A stretch of 55,098 bases of DNA, filler included, from Squatina squatina (lineage: Eukaryota), in NCBI GenBank assembly GCA_031763465.1. It is 3 parts of 3 records of this genome, joined end to end, with 100 filler letters (N's around TTAATTAATTAA, not from the genome) between each part and the next. Parts side by side here need not be neighbours in the genome. Positions count along the whole stretch, not along the records: positions 29,307 to 55,098 come from JARFOE010000046.1; 2 more parts are not named here. One strand, written 5' to 3'. The translations under genes and the position numbers were made by a program. Below the pieces are notes generated by a model. That model saw nothing but the letters and a program-made list of their open reading frames with translations, was not told the DNA's origin and did no database searches. This document shows, one piece after another, positions 36,812 through 48,501 of the stretch (positions are counted from its first letter, which is position 1; each line of letters opens with the position of its first letter).

Positions 36812-37365
36812 GTAAAGCATTGATCCGGCTCAGTGCTCGCTCCTTGAAAGCAATTCTTTGTTACAATGGAAGTATGCTGATGCACTGATCCGGTTCAGCG
36901 CAGTTCCAGCATAAATGACAATTATTTGCAATGACAGCCCAAAGAGACTGCGGGTCTAGGTTGCTGCCAAGTTTTGGACCTTCACCATGGATACTATCCA
37001 CTGTGGGAGACCTGCTCATTGGCTGTCCAAGGCACTCATAAAGTAGCAATGTTTGTAGATATAGAGGAGGAAGGCCACTCAGCCCATCTGAACTAATCCA
37101 ACCAGCATTGAGTGCAGGGCGTTGGACACTGGCTGCCCACCTCTGGAACTTGGGTTCACATCTAGCCCAGACTGATGGAATGAAAGTCTCCGCTATCTGC
37201 TGGCTGGAAGGGTCCTTGCAGACAACGTACTCAAGATGCATTTTAAGCGAACCACTGCTCACGCTACCAGCAATGTATCCAACGAAGACGCCATTGACAT
37301 TTTTCCCGAGTCCAATAAGGATATAAGTTTGCGGATCACTACGGCGCTGTCCACGAACGGCTAAC

Positions 37366-37734
37366 CAGGATTACCAGGAGGGGAGAAGAAACGCTTCAAG
37401 GACATCCTCAAAGCCTCCCTGAAAAAATGTAACATCCACACTGACTCAGGGAATCTCTGGCCCAAGATCGCCTGAACTGGAGGAGAAGCATCCGCGAAGG
37501 CGCCAACCGCTTTGAACTTCTCCGGCTGGAGCACGTGGAGGCTAAGCACAAGCAGCGGGAGGAGCTTGCAAAAATCCAAGCATCCTACCCACCTGCCCCA
37601 TCAAACACCACCTGCCCCACCTGTTGTAGAGGTTGCGGATCCGGTATAGGCCTATTTAGTCACCTCAGAACCCACAATACTGGAGTGGAAGCAAGTCATC
37701 CTCGACCCTGAGGGACTGTCTAAGAAGAAGAAGA
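37366..37734 (+). mobile_element. RTE LINE 3' end with (AAG)n tail
   Basis: LPGGEKKRFKDILKASLKKCNI...CPTCCRGCGS..LFSHLRTH, then ctaagaagaagaaga. Same family as 43311-43880. Confidence 0.9.
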
Positions 37735-37913
37735 GGATTGTTACACCCTTCGTCCCTTTGGTTCCCACTGCTGACCAGTGCACTCACCTGCCTCACTTCT
37801 CCCAAAGGCTGATCAGTGTGCTCCACTCCCTCCCTCTCCTTGCTCACAATCATCTGATCCATTCCCACGGAAATCCTTGCAGCTAAATGAGAACGTGTAC
37901 AGTGGAGTAAAAA

Positions 37914-38322
37914 AAAGAAAGAACTTGCATTTATGTAGTATTTTTCACCACCTCATGATGGTCTAAAGCGCTTTACAGACAATGAAGCACTTTTGAAGTG
38001 TCGTTACTTGGAAAGTAGGAAACACAGCAGCAAATTTGTGCACAGCAAGCTTCCACAAACAGCAATGAGATAATCTGTTTAATGATGTTGGTTTAAGGGA
38101 TAAACCGTGGCCTGGACACTGGGACAACCCCCTGTTTTTCTTTGAGTCGTACCGTGAGATCGTTTATATCCACCTGAGAGGCCAGACGGGGCCTTACTTT
38201 AACAATACTCCAGTATTGTCTGGAGTGTCAGATGAAATTTTGTGCTCTAGTCTCTGGAGTGGGATTTGAACCCACAATCTTCTGACTCATAAGTGAGCGG
38301 GCTACCGAGTGAACCACAGCTA
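37914..38322 (-). mobile_element. Near full-length Deu-domain SINE
   Basis: Reverse complement of the family at 32310, including the tRNA head (gggttcaaatccc B-box). Confidence 0.85.
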
Positions 38323-39379
38323 ACACTATCATCAGATCCATTCCTTAATTAGACTGCACTTCCAAAATCAGCACTGGGCTTAACTTTATACATGAACAGG
38401 GCTCTGGTGGTAATGTTCATGGTAAACCACTGTTTTGCGAGGACAGGAGGATTTTGTCATGTGATGCACAACGTGTGTCCCTTTAAACCATAAAGTGTAC
38501 AGGCGCATCGTGAGGTTACATTAAAGGCAAGGGGCTGAATCCTGGGTTCAATTGGTAGGTTTTGTTTTCTGTGACTGGAGAGATATTTCTGAAAACCACA
38601 GGAAATTAATTGTTTCTCTTTTCATATACTTTTTTCTAAAATGTGCAGATATGATAGCTGAAACATATTTTGGACACAATCAAAACTTTTAATGTATTTT
38701 TGATACTTTTTGGAAAAGAAATTGTCTTTTATTCAGCCTGTGTGGGAGACTGAGAGCTACGTGTAGGGTAATGCAGCACTTACCTGGTGGCATTAAACTC
38801 ATTTTTGACCAAATTACTGCAGTTTAATTGAGTAGCTTATTACAGGCAAACTATATTCTTTAATGCAGTACATGACGTGTCTGAATGTGCCCTCGAGAAA
38901 TAAAATGAGGCCTTTTGCGAGTAAAATGGCACAAGGAATGATTGCAATCAACAGAGATATTTCTCAAATTATAAGAGGATTTTTGGTAATCAATAGACAA
39001 AAACATTGAAGGATAATTTCATAATCAGAAGAATCCGCAATGCAGCCCTAGCCTCTGTGACAGTCAGCTGGATAGAGGGTTTAAAGGGCAACGCAGGGCA
39101 CTCAATATATTCAAGTCGTGCTCCAATGCTCATTTCTGTTAATCAGAGGACTTTAGGCTAAATTAAGTCTGCACCTTTTAAGTATTTTATAATCAGAATA
39201 TAATTTCTATACCATTTCCACTGTTTCTGTCTTTTCTGCAAATATTTATGAATCTCACTTCAACATTTCTGTCTCTCACCTTCCAGGGTTTTTCTTATTC
39301 ACTTTACAAGTGTTTCTGTCCCCTGTGCTGTGATTTATTACCTGACGTTGGAGTTCTCTGACAATTTACCCCAGAAATA

Positions 39380-39630
39380 AAGAGCTTGCATTTTTTTAAG
39401 CGCCTTACACGACCTCAAAACATCCCAAAGTGCTTTTCAACCAATGACGTACTATGAAAGTGCAGTCCCTGTTTTAATGTCGGAAAAGTGGCAGTCAATT
39501 TGTGCACAGCCAAGCCCCACACACAGCAATGTGATAATGACCAGGTAATCTATCTTCAGGCGTTGGTTGAGAGATAAATATTGGCCAAGGACACAGGGGA
39601 AATTTTCCCCGCTCTTCTCCAAAACAGTGC
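39380..39630 (-). mobile_element. Deu-domain SINE, 3' half
   Basis: Homologous to 37914-38160. Confidence 0.8.
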
Positions 39631-39723
39631 CGCTGTTAAATGAACTCCATTAAATAAGAAGATTAGAGTTTCTGTTAAAATAGGCCAAAGCCTAGCAAAA
39701 AAGAAATGGTTAATGAAAGACAC

Positions 39724-40033
39724 AGGCCGTGAAATGGAGTATCGCCCCGTTTGGGGGCAGTAACCTTTCCGATGCTGGACATTCTGCGCCCGGCGCAGAA
39801 GTCCTGCCCTGGAAACAACTTGGGCGTACCGTGCCTCACAGGAAGTGCAGTGCAATGTCGCACACTCCACTTCCTTTCGGGGGCGCTAAGCGCATGCAAC
39901 GCAGAGCGCTGTGCGGCCTTTCCACGTGGCGCTGATGCGTTTTACCGGCCCTCCCCTTCTGTTAAAGGGGAGGGATGCTGCAAGCTCTGCAGGGCTCTTG
40001 ATGAGCCTCCACTGGGCCACCGGGGGATTGCGG
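39724..40033. mobile_element. Harbinger-like MITE, copy 2 (left part, cut by gap)
   Basis: Collinear with 2074-2350, including the ccctcccc..gttaaaggggag block. Confidence 0.7.
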
Positions 40034-40418
40034 NNNNNNNNNNNNNNNNNNNNNNNNNNNNNNNNNNNNNNNNNNNNNNNNNNNNNNNNNNNNNNNNNNN
40101 NNNNNNNNNNNNNNNNNNNNNNNNNNNNNNNNNNNNNNNNNNNNNNNNNNNNNNNNNNNNNNNNNNNNNNNNNNNNNNNNNNNNNNNNNNNNNNNNNNNN
40201 NNNNNNNNNNNNNNNNNNNNNNNNNNNNNNNNNNNNNNNNNNNNNNNNNNNNNNNNNNNNNNNNNNNNNNNNNNNNNNNNNNNNNNNNNNNNNNNNNNNN
40301 NNNNNNNNNNNNNNNNNNNNNNNNNNNNNNNNNNNNNNNNNNNNNNNNNNNNNNNNNNNNNNNNNNNNNNNNNNNNNNNNNNNNNNNNNNNNNNNNNNNN
40401 NNNNNNNNNNNNNNNNNA

Positions 40419-40665
40419 CCAATCATCTCCAAGTTCCCCTCCAAGTCACAAACCATCTTGACTTGGAGATTTATCGCTGTTCCTTCATCATCGCATGGTC
40501 AAAATACTGGAACTCCCTTGCCTAACAGTACTGTGCGGGAGCACCTTCACAACTTGGTCTGCAGCGGTTCAAGAAGAAGGGTCACCACCACCTTCTCCTG
40601 GGCAACGAGGGATGGGCGATAAATGCTGCCTTGCTGACGATGCCTATGTCCCAAGAATGAATTTT
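40419..40665 (+). mobile_element. LINE-like 3' end (same family as 3757-3951)
   Basis: SKYWNSL, then gcagcggttcaagaagaagggtcaccaccaccttctc...gatgggcgataaatgctg. Confidence 0.75.
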
Positions 40666-41147
40666 TAAGAACAAACTGACTGTCATCAGGAAAAAGCTAG
40701 TTGTTAGAGTATGACAAGTTATCACAATGTTAACAAATATACTGCATATTGAAAAAGGAAAGTGTAATTGTTATTTTCTGCAGGTTTAAAGTTCCAGAAT
40801 TTCTTTTTTCAAATGTATTGCTCTTAAAATGAATATATTGTGTAGTCTGTCTCAAAGTTCTATTTGTCGCTTTGAATCAAGAGATGGCGTGACAGTTTTG
40901 ACAAGGTAATTGAAAGTAAATCATTTTGTGACTTGAAAAACAAGCCTACGCGTCACAGCGTGCAAAATGAACATTTCTCTTTGGATTTTTATTAAAGCTG
41001 ATTATTCCTGTGCAGCAACTGTGGCAGGTGAAGTTCAAGTGTTAATCNNNNNNNNNNNNNNNNNNNNNNNNNNNNNNNNNNNNNNNNNNNNNNNNNNNNN
41101 NNNNNNNNNNNNNNNNNNNNNNNNNNNNNNNNNNNNNNNNNNNNNNN

Positions 41148-41395
41148 CTCATACCTTTGTAGTTTCCTTTGTTTATATTTATGACCCGAGTTTCAGATTG
41201 AACTACATCACTTTCTATCTTAATGAAGAATTCTATCATGTTATGGTCACGCTTCCCTAAAGGGCCCCGCACAAAAAGATTGCTAATTAACCCCTTCTCA
41301 TTGCACAATAAAATCATCCTTGACCTCATTGAATGGCGGGGCAGTATTGAGGGGCCAAATGGCCTACTCCTGCTCCTATTTCTTCTGTTCTTATG
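41148..41395. mobile_element. CR1 fragments: minus-strand EN region joined to a plus-strand 3' UTR
   Basis: Minus strand NEKGLISNLFVRGPLGKRDHNMIEFFIK; plus strand gaatggcggggcagtattgaggggccaaatggcctactcctgctcctatttc. Confidence 0.75.
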
Positions 41396-43310
41396 CACTG
41401 CAGCAAGAACTGGAGCTTTCAGTAGAGAAAGGGAAAGAAAATTAGGTGAGGGTGTGGTGCATCAACATATCATAACATTCGCCCCAAGTTTGCTGGCTAA
41501 TTAGGCGTGAAGTCTACATGCGCAGAATGGAGTGACAAGGACTTCCAAGGGTTAATTTTTTTTCGGAAGACTTTCAACCAATTGCAATTCAAAATTGTGG
41601 CAAATGCGGAGCAGCCGTTAATTTAATGTTTCCACACAGGCTTCACTGTGCTGAAGTCAATTATTAAGAAAGATTATTTTTAAATAAAAATTCAATCTCA
41701 CTTTAATGCTTTGTGTGAGAGATTTGTCAGGTAATGAGCTTTCTTTTTTTTATGAGCCATCATCAGTAATTCAGTTTCTTGATTAGTTATTTTATATTAA
41801 TTTCAGAACTTGTATTAAATCTGTTTGTTCTAATTCGCCAGCCACCTCACTCTTGTGTGTCGGTCATTTCACCAGCCCAAAAAAAAAAAAAAATTTCATT
41901 ACTGTGTTCTGTAGAAAAAAGCTTATGGAATGTCAGCTCAACAAAACTGAATGACTGCAAGTGAAGTGGACTTTGAGCAGCCACTGAGGGGAATGAATGG
42001 TGATAAANNNNNNNNNNNNNNNNNNNNNNNNNNNNNNNNNNNNNNNNNNNNNNNNNNNNNNNNNNNNNNNNNNNNNNNNNNNNNNNNNNNNNNNNNNNNN
42101 NNNNNNNGAATTAGCAGGATAATGCAAAATGGGCGCGAAAATCATTGTTTTTGGTCCACTTACATTTCAAACTCAGGGCAGACCAATTGGGCACCCGATA
42201 TGTTCTGCACAATGCACGTTCAAGATCTGCTGAATGTGAAGTTCACCCAATGGAGTTTAGAAAATGACACTGGATCCATTTGTTAGATAAATCGCACATT
42301 CAATGGGAACCCAATGCATTTTCTGGTAACACAATGGTTCTGCTTAAAATCTGAGGTTGTTTCTCCATGGCATTTTCATGTTAATATGCATATCCTGAAT
42401 CCAATNNNNNNNNNNTATATTAATAATGAGGTTCCAGTAGTTCAGCTCAGAGTTCTTTGCATTGGAATTAGGGTCACTTGTGCCATTCGGCTCATCGAGC
42501 TTGTATAATATTGGTGTGTGCACCCATGGAAGGATGAGTAGTAGGGTTTTAATTAGCTTATTGTAAGTCTCAAATCGACCGTCTATTTCTGCGTTGCTAT
42601 AGAAGTGCTATAAAGGATGTCTTTTTAGTGTCATCCGGAGCTGCCCGTGCCTTGGGAGGCAAGAACATTGACATTTTGATTCACATTATCTCTTGATACC
42701 ATAACCATATATCGCACCATGGCGGTGTCAGCAAAATTTTTATCTATCCTTTTTAACCAATGGATCTATAAATCTGGGCCACAGTACAAAAATAAACCAC
42801 CCACTGTATAATTTAAGGCCTTTTTACAGAACCAGTTAACAGCAGTGCACATATTCTGCAGCTATCAAGTTCAGCTTTACTGGCCCTCTATTTGAGAAGT
42901 TCGTATCCATTTAACAAGAGCAACAAAATGAAATTTGCACAAAGTTGACCTTTGGTAGCTTAACTCCCGGACAGAAATATGAGTTCACTCAAGTCTTACA
43001 GTTATCTAACGGCGAACATGTGGAGCAAAGAATAGCTGCTACAATGTGATTGGATTTAAAACAAGCTTGCAGACTCATGAATTGCAAAGGCAAGACTCCA
43101 ATGCATTTGCTGTGAACTTGGCTGGATCACCGTGATCATTATAAGCAAANNNNNNNNNNNNNNNNNNNNNNNNNNNNNNNNNNNNNNNNNNNNNNNNNNN
43201 NNNNNNNNNNNNNNNNNNNNNNNNNNNNNNNNNNNNNNNNNNNNNNNNNTGTCAAGAGGCTTCAGCACAGATACATCTAGGCTGGCACTCCGGGTGCAGT
43301 ACTGAGGGAG

Positions 43311-44125
43311 TCTTAGGCAGTCCCTCGGGGGTCGAGGATGACTCGCTTCCACTCCAGTATTGTGGGTTCTGAGGTGATTAAATAGTCCTGTACTGGATCC
43401 CCAAACTCGATCACAGGTGGGGCAGGTGGTGTTTGATGGGGCGAGTGGGCGGAACGCCCGGGTTTTCTCGCGGTCCTTCCGCTGCCTGCGCTCGGCCTCC
43501 GCGCACTCCCGCCGGAGAAGCTCGAAGTGATCGGCGCCTTCGCGGATGCTTCTCCAGTTCGGGTGCTCTCGGGCCAGAGATTCCCGTGAGTCGGTGGGGA
43601 TGTTACATTTTTTCAGGGAGGCTTTGAGGACGTTCTTGAAGCGTTTCCTCTGCCCTCCTGGTAATCGCTTGTCGTGACGAAGCTCGGAGTCGAGCGATTG
43701 TTTCGGAAGTCTCGTATCAGGCATGTGGACGATGTGGTCCGCCCATCGCAGCTGAGTGAGCGTGACCTGTGCCTCGATGCTGGGGATGTTGGCCTGAGAG
43801 AGGACACTGACATTGGTACGCCTATCCTGCCAATGGATTTGCAGGATTTTGCGGAGGCAACATTGGTGATACTTCTCCACTGCACCCCCCGACTATCAAG
43901 ATCCATGGTAAGACCTTGGGCAACATGGACCACTTTCCATACCTTGGGAGCCCCCTCTCAGCGAGGGCAGACATCAACGATGAAACCCGACACCGCCTCC
44001 AGTGTGCCAGCACAGCCTTCGGCTGCCTGAGGAAAAGAGTGTTTGAAGATAAACCCCTCAAACCCGGCACCAAGCTCATAGTTTACAGGGCGGCTGTGAT
44101 ACCCTCCCTCCTGTATGCGTCGGAT
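43311..44125 (-). mobile_element. 5'-truncated, 5'-inverted RTE LINE inserted in a Deu-SINE
   Basis: Minus strand 43880-43311 gives EKYHQCCLRKILQIHWQDR...CPTCDRV..LFNHLRTH plus the 3' end. Plus strand 43885-44125 gives IKIHGKTLGNMDHFPYLGS...VYRAAVIPSLLYAS, the immediately upstream RTE segment. Confidence 0.9.
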
Positions 44126-44261
44126 TGAGAGAGCGCTGCACTGTTGGAGAGTCAGTATTGAGAGAGCGCTGCACTGTTGGAGGGGCAGTGCTGAGGGAGC
44201 GCCGCACTGTGGGAGGGGTAGTCTGGAGGGAGCGCCGCACTGTCGGAGGGGCAGTACTGAG
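44126..44261. repeat. 33-bp tandem repeat derived from SINE sequence
   Basis: Unit tgag(a/g)gagcgc(t/c)gcactgt.ggagg.gcagta(c/t) x4; it matches the SINE segment at 32412-32446. Confidence 0.9.
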
Positions 44262-44438
44262 NNNNNNNNNNNNNNNNNNNNNNNNNNNNNNNNNNNNNNN
44301 NNNNNNNNNNNNNNNNNNNNNNNNNNNNNNNNNNNNNNNNNNNNNNNNNNNNNNNNNNNNNNNNNNNNNNNNNNNNNNNNNNNNNNNNNNNNNNNNNNNN
44401 NNNNNNNNNNNNNNNNNNNNNNNNNNNNNNNNNNNNNN

Positions 44439-45087
44439 AGCATTGGTGCTTTGGCGCAGCCTTGCTTGACCCCACTTTGCACTTGTATTGGGTCTGTGAT
44501 GGATCCATTGGTGAGGATCACGGCTTGCATGTCATCATGGAGCAGGCGGAGGATGGTGATGAATTTTTGCGGGCAGCTAAATTTGAGAAGAACCCTTCAT
44601 AATCCCTCCCGGTTGACAGGGCTGAAGGCCTTTGTGAGGTCAAAAATGGCCATGTACAGAGGTTGATGCTGTTCTCTCACTTTTCCTGGATTTGCCGCGC
44701 GCTGAAGATCTTGTTCATTGTGCCTCTTGATGGGTGGAATCCACATTTTGACTCTGGGAGGAGCTCTTGTGTCGCTGGGAGATGGTTGAGGAGGATTCCT
44801 GTGATGAACGTCCCTGTGGTGGAGAGCAGGGAGACCCCTCTGTAGTTTCCGCAAGCGGACTTACCTCCTTATTTGAAGATGGTCACGATTACGTCATCTC
44901 TGTGATCCCCTGGCATGTTCCAGATAAGGAGATGAGTTCATGGATTTGTGCCAAGGGTGCCCCTCCGCTATATTTTAGTATTTTGGCGGTGATTTAGTCC
45001 GTGCCAGAAGCCTTTTTGTTTTACAGCTGTCGGATAGCCTATACAGCCTCATGTCAGGCTGAGATAGTAGCGGGTAGCATGCTGTGG
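44439..45087 (-). mobile_element. RTE RT fragment (frameshifted)
   Basis: REQHQPLYMAIFDLTKAFSPVNREGL...CPQKFITILRLLHDDMQA...VQSGVKQGC. Confidence 0.9.
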
Positions 45088-45187
45088 NNNNNNNNNNNNN
45101 NNNNNNNNNNNNNNNNNNNNNNNNNNNNNNNNNNNNNNNNNNNNNNNNNNNNNNNNNNNNNNNNNNNNNNNNNNNNNNNNNNNNNNN

Positions 45188-45330
45188 CGGAGCCCTTACT
45201 GCGCTGCGGAATCTCGACAGAGCCCTGACTGCGCTGCGGTAGCTCGATGGAGATGTGACTGCACATGTGCAGACTGGTCGGAGCCCTGACTGATTGTCCC
45301 GGTTTGGAAATCTTAAGATCTGGACACCCT
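45188..45330. mobile_element. Right end of a hAT-Blackjack-like MITE
   Basis: ttgtcccggtttgg...atctggacaccct; internal repeats gagccc.t/gactgcgctgcgg. Confidence 0.6.
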
Positions 45331-46189
45331 CCCTAAATAAATACACTTGTGGTATGGTATACAAAATCTAATAGAAGGGTTTGAAACCTTGGTCCCCTCC
45401 CAGCTAATAAAGACACATTAAAATCCCCAAATGCAGCTTCTGCTGACAGCCTGATTCTTCAAAGGAAAGACATCACGTCACTGTTCTACCTGTAATAATT
45501 GAGAGTTCATGTAAGCCTGGAGATTACTGAATGAATTTACATGTTAAACACTGATGCTCGGAAAGTGCTTGCTTACAAATGTCGACAAAGGTTGATTAAT
45601 ATGTAAATTACCTTGTGTTTGAGCTATTTAGCAGATTAACGAGTGTTGTTTGCCTATCCATTTGTGGTCGGTCTCTGGATAAATGAGTGAACACAGATTT
45701 TCAGAAGTTTTAAAAATTAATTTTTCCTTTCATTCATGAGATTAAATGAAAATTGATATTTTAATCTGTTAATTGCCTCATCAATATGCACTCACTGCCT
45801 CATCAGTTTAGCACAATCTTTTACACGCCATTGTAATAAATATGTCTTGCAAATTGGAGATGGATCCATTGAAATATTAAGCAAGATCATGCATTTAGAT
45901 GGTTGAATAGTGAGCCGCTGGCTGCATATTGGGAATAAAACGTGGCAGAAAATAATATTTTAATATTATACTTTCTATTCCGGAGGTCTGCAAGGAGTAA
46001 TTTTTTTTAACCTCTGTCAGCTCAGCTACATGGTCATTTTAGCTTCAAGACTTTTTATCAACTTTCACAATTACTCTGTTGATGTGCGTTGCATGCTCCA
46101 GTCTGGTATTCTATGTTACTTAGCCGGAGTTTTTGGACTTTACACGGTAGTTCCAATATTTAGTGATATCTGTGGCGGCGGTGGTGGGG

Positions 46190-46860
46190 GGGGCGGTGGA
46201 ATCGCAATCCATTTGGGAACAGCCATGTGACAGGATTTCCTTCACCAGGCGTGGAAGTCCCGCCCCGCTCACAATATCGGGGTTACCGCCCCCGAGATCA
46301 AGTGGAGGGCAAAATAACGCACTCCATTTGCTCTGTGGGGCACAAGTGAGGTGGAAGCGAAATGAGAGGGGTGCAGCGCTATACGCTGGGATGCATAGCG
46401 CTGTCACGTAGAAGGGGAGGGCCAAGCTGCCAACTCTGCGGGTCCCTACCTGGACCACCGGACAGCAGGGTGCAGTGGCATCAGCCCCTACTCAAGCAGA
46501 GTGTCGGGCTGCAAGATCGCGGCACAGACCCCGCTATCCATGCTGCAACGGGCTGCAACTGGTAATTCGGCCAATTTTTTTTAAAGCACCACCTCTTTGA
46601 ATTTTGCCCTGTGGGCAGCCTACAGCCCGGTACGCAAACCTGAAGCTGTCGCTGGCATTGCCCGGTGCAGCTTCAGGGACACTCCTGAATTTTCGTTCCG
46701 GGGCGGAAATAGGTCACTGCGCATGGTAATGACGCCATCAGCACTGGCGCAACGGAGCAGGGCGCTACCCATTACCGCCGCCCCTAAACTCCCACGGAAT
46801 TTAGCAGAAGTTGTTTGTGGCGCCACACCAGGGTGAAACGACAGACCCAAATTTCTCCCC
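46190..46860. mobile_element. Harbinger-like MITE, copy 3
   Basis: Collinear with 2074-2795 (e.g. aggtc.ctgcgcatgg..atgac..catca). Ends aaatttctcccc, identical to 24124-24135. Confidence 0.75.
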
Positions 46861-46904
46861 CATACAGCATTAGAATAAAGAGTAGTTCAGAAAATACATA
46901 TTAG

Positions 46905-47585
46905 CACATAAAAAGGTCATGTCTTACAAATCTAATTATATTTTTTGAAGAAGTTACAAAGTTAGTGGATGAGGGAAGTCCAATTGGCGTTATCTACTTA
47001 AACTTCCAAAAAGATTTTGATAAGGTACAGCACAAGAGGCTTCTCTATAAGATCAAAGCCTCTGGTATTAGCGGTAATATATGGCGCTGGATTGAGAATT
47101 AGCTGGCAGGAAGTAGGCAAACAGTCGTTATATATGGACTTGGATCAGTTTGGAGACCGGTCACCCGTGGTGTCCCGCAGGGATTGGTGTTGGGGCCGTT
47201 GCTCTTTACTATTTTTATTAATGCTCTGGATGTAGATGTTGGGGACACGATCTGCAAATTTGCAAATGATACTAAGATCTGTACGTGTATTAGGACTGTA
47301 GTCGATGCTCGCCTGCTTCAGACAGATTTTAATGTATTGGGAGATTGGACTCATGACTGGAAAATGAGGCCTAACTTGGATAAGTACAGTGATGGGCATG
47401 TGGGCAGGGCAAATGCTCAACATTCCTACACTCTCCAGGAAAACCGTTTAAGAAGGTAGGGACAGAATGAGATTTGGGCAATCTAGTGCATACATCTTTA
47501 AAGGTAAATGAGCAATGCCGTGAAGTGATAGCTAACACAAATACAGTGTTCGGGCGTATCCAAAGCACAATTGAGTACAAGACAA
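46905..47585 (+). mobile_element. CR1 RT fragment
   Basis: FFEEVTKLVDEG..IYLNFQKDFDKV...GVPQGLVLGPLLFTIFINALD..ICKFANDTKI. Confidence 0.9.
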
Positions 47586-47949
47586 GGGGGCTGAAATTGG
47601 TTGTGGCCACGCTTGAAACACTGCAGCAATGTTCATTGCCCAAAATGCGCCAGGCGTGAATAGCGTCATGGAGGTTCGAAATTCCCTTATGTTTTTCTAC
47701 TCACCAGGCTTGGCGCTGTTGGAGACGTTGACAGCTGCCTGGAGGCACTGTTAGGGGTGCTCTCTTAACTGGTCAGAACACTATCAGGTGACCCATATCG
47801 TTAAGCAATTGCATTCCCACTGCCTTCATTCATATAAAAGCCTGGCTGCNNNNNNNNNNNNNNNNNNNNNNNNNNNNNNNNNNNNNNNNNNNNNNNNNNN
47901 NNNNNNNNNNNNNNNNNNNNNNNNNNNNNNNNNNNNNNNNNNNNNNNNN

Positions 47950-48050
47950 TTACAACAGTGACAACACTTCAAAAGTACTTCACTGACTGTAAAGCGCTTT
48001 GGCACATTGTGTGCTTGTGAAAGTGCTATTTAAATGCAAATCTTTCTTTC
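47950..48050 (+). mobile_element. Deu-domain SINE 3' tail
   Basis: ttacaacagtgacaacacttcaaaagtacttcactgactgtaaagcgctttgg...aaatgcaaatctttctttc. Confidence 0.8.
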
Positions 48051-48501
48051 ATTCTTCTTTTCTAATTGCTAAACTCATTCATTGACATGTTAAACGGTCT
48101 TCTCCCCTGCAGGATATCAATGCAAATTAATATCCAATGAAGAGGACTGAGGAAAATTGAAGTGCTCTCAAGGTGGCTAGTATAAGGCATTTTGGCACTG
48201 CAGTTTTATTAATAAATATCCAGCTGTTATTTGACCACAGATGTGTACGGTAAAAGAGTCTCACAGGTGTACGCGGGTAAAATTCTGCATTGTGCACAAA
48301 TTATGCAACGTGCTTGGACAAATAGGTAGCGCTTAACATCAGCCACAGATGCTGGACTATGTGCAAAAGGCATTTTATTTTGAGGGTGTTGATGATAATT
48401 GCATATGGCCTGATGGGGGTCATTTACAACAGCGAGAATAAAGACACAACTGCAGACATGTGAATTACCACCTGAAGAGCTATTGAAAGCATTGAATCAT
48501 A

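Noticed and set aside
38778-38792. U1 snRNA-like ACTTACCTGG
   Set aside because: Only the reverse complement of a donor consensus; no U1 body follows.
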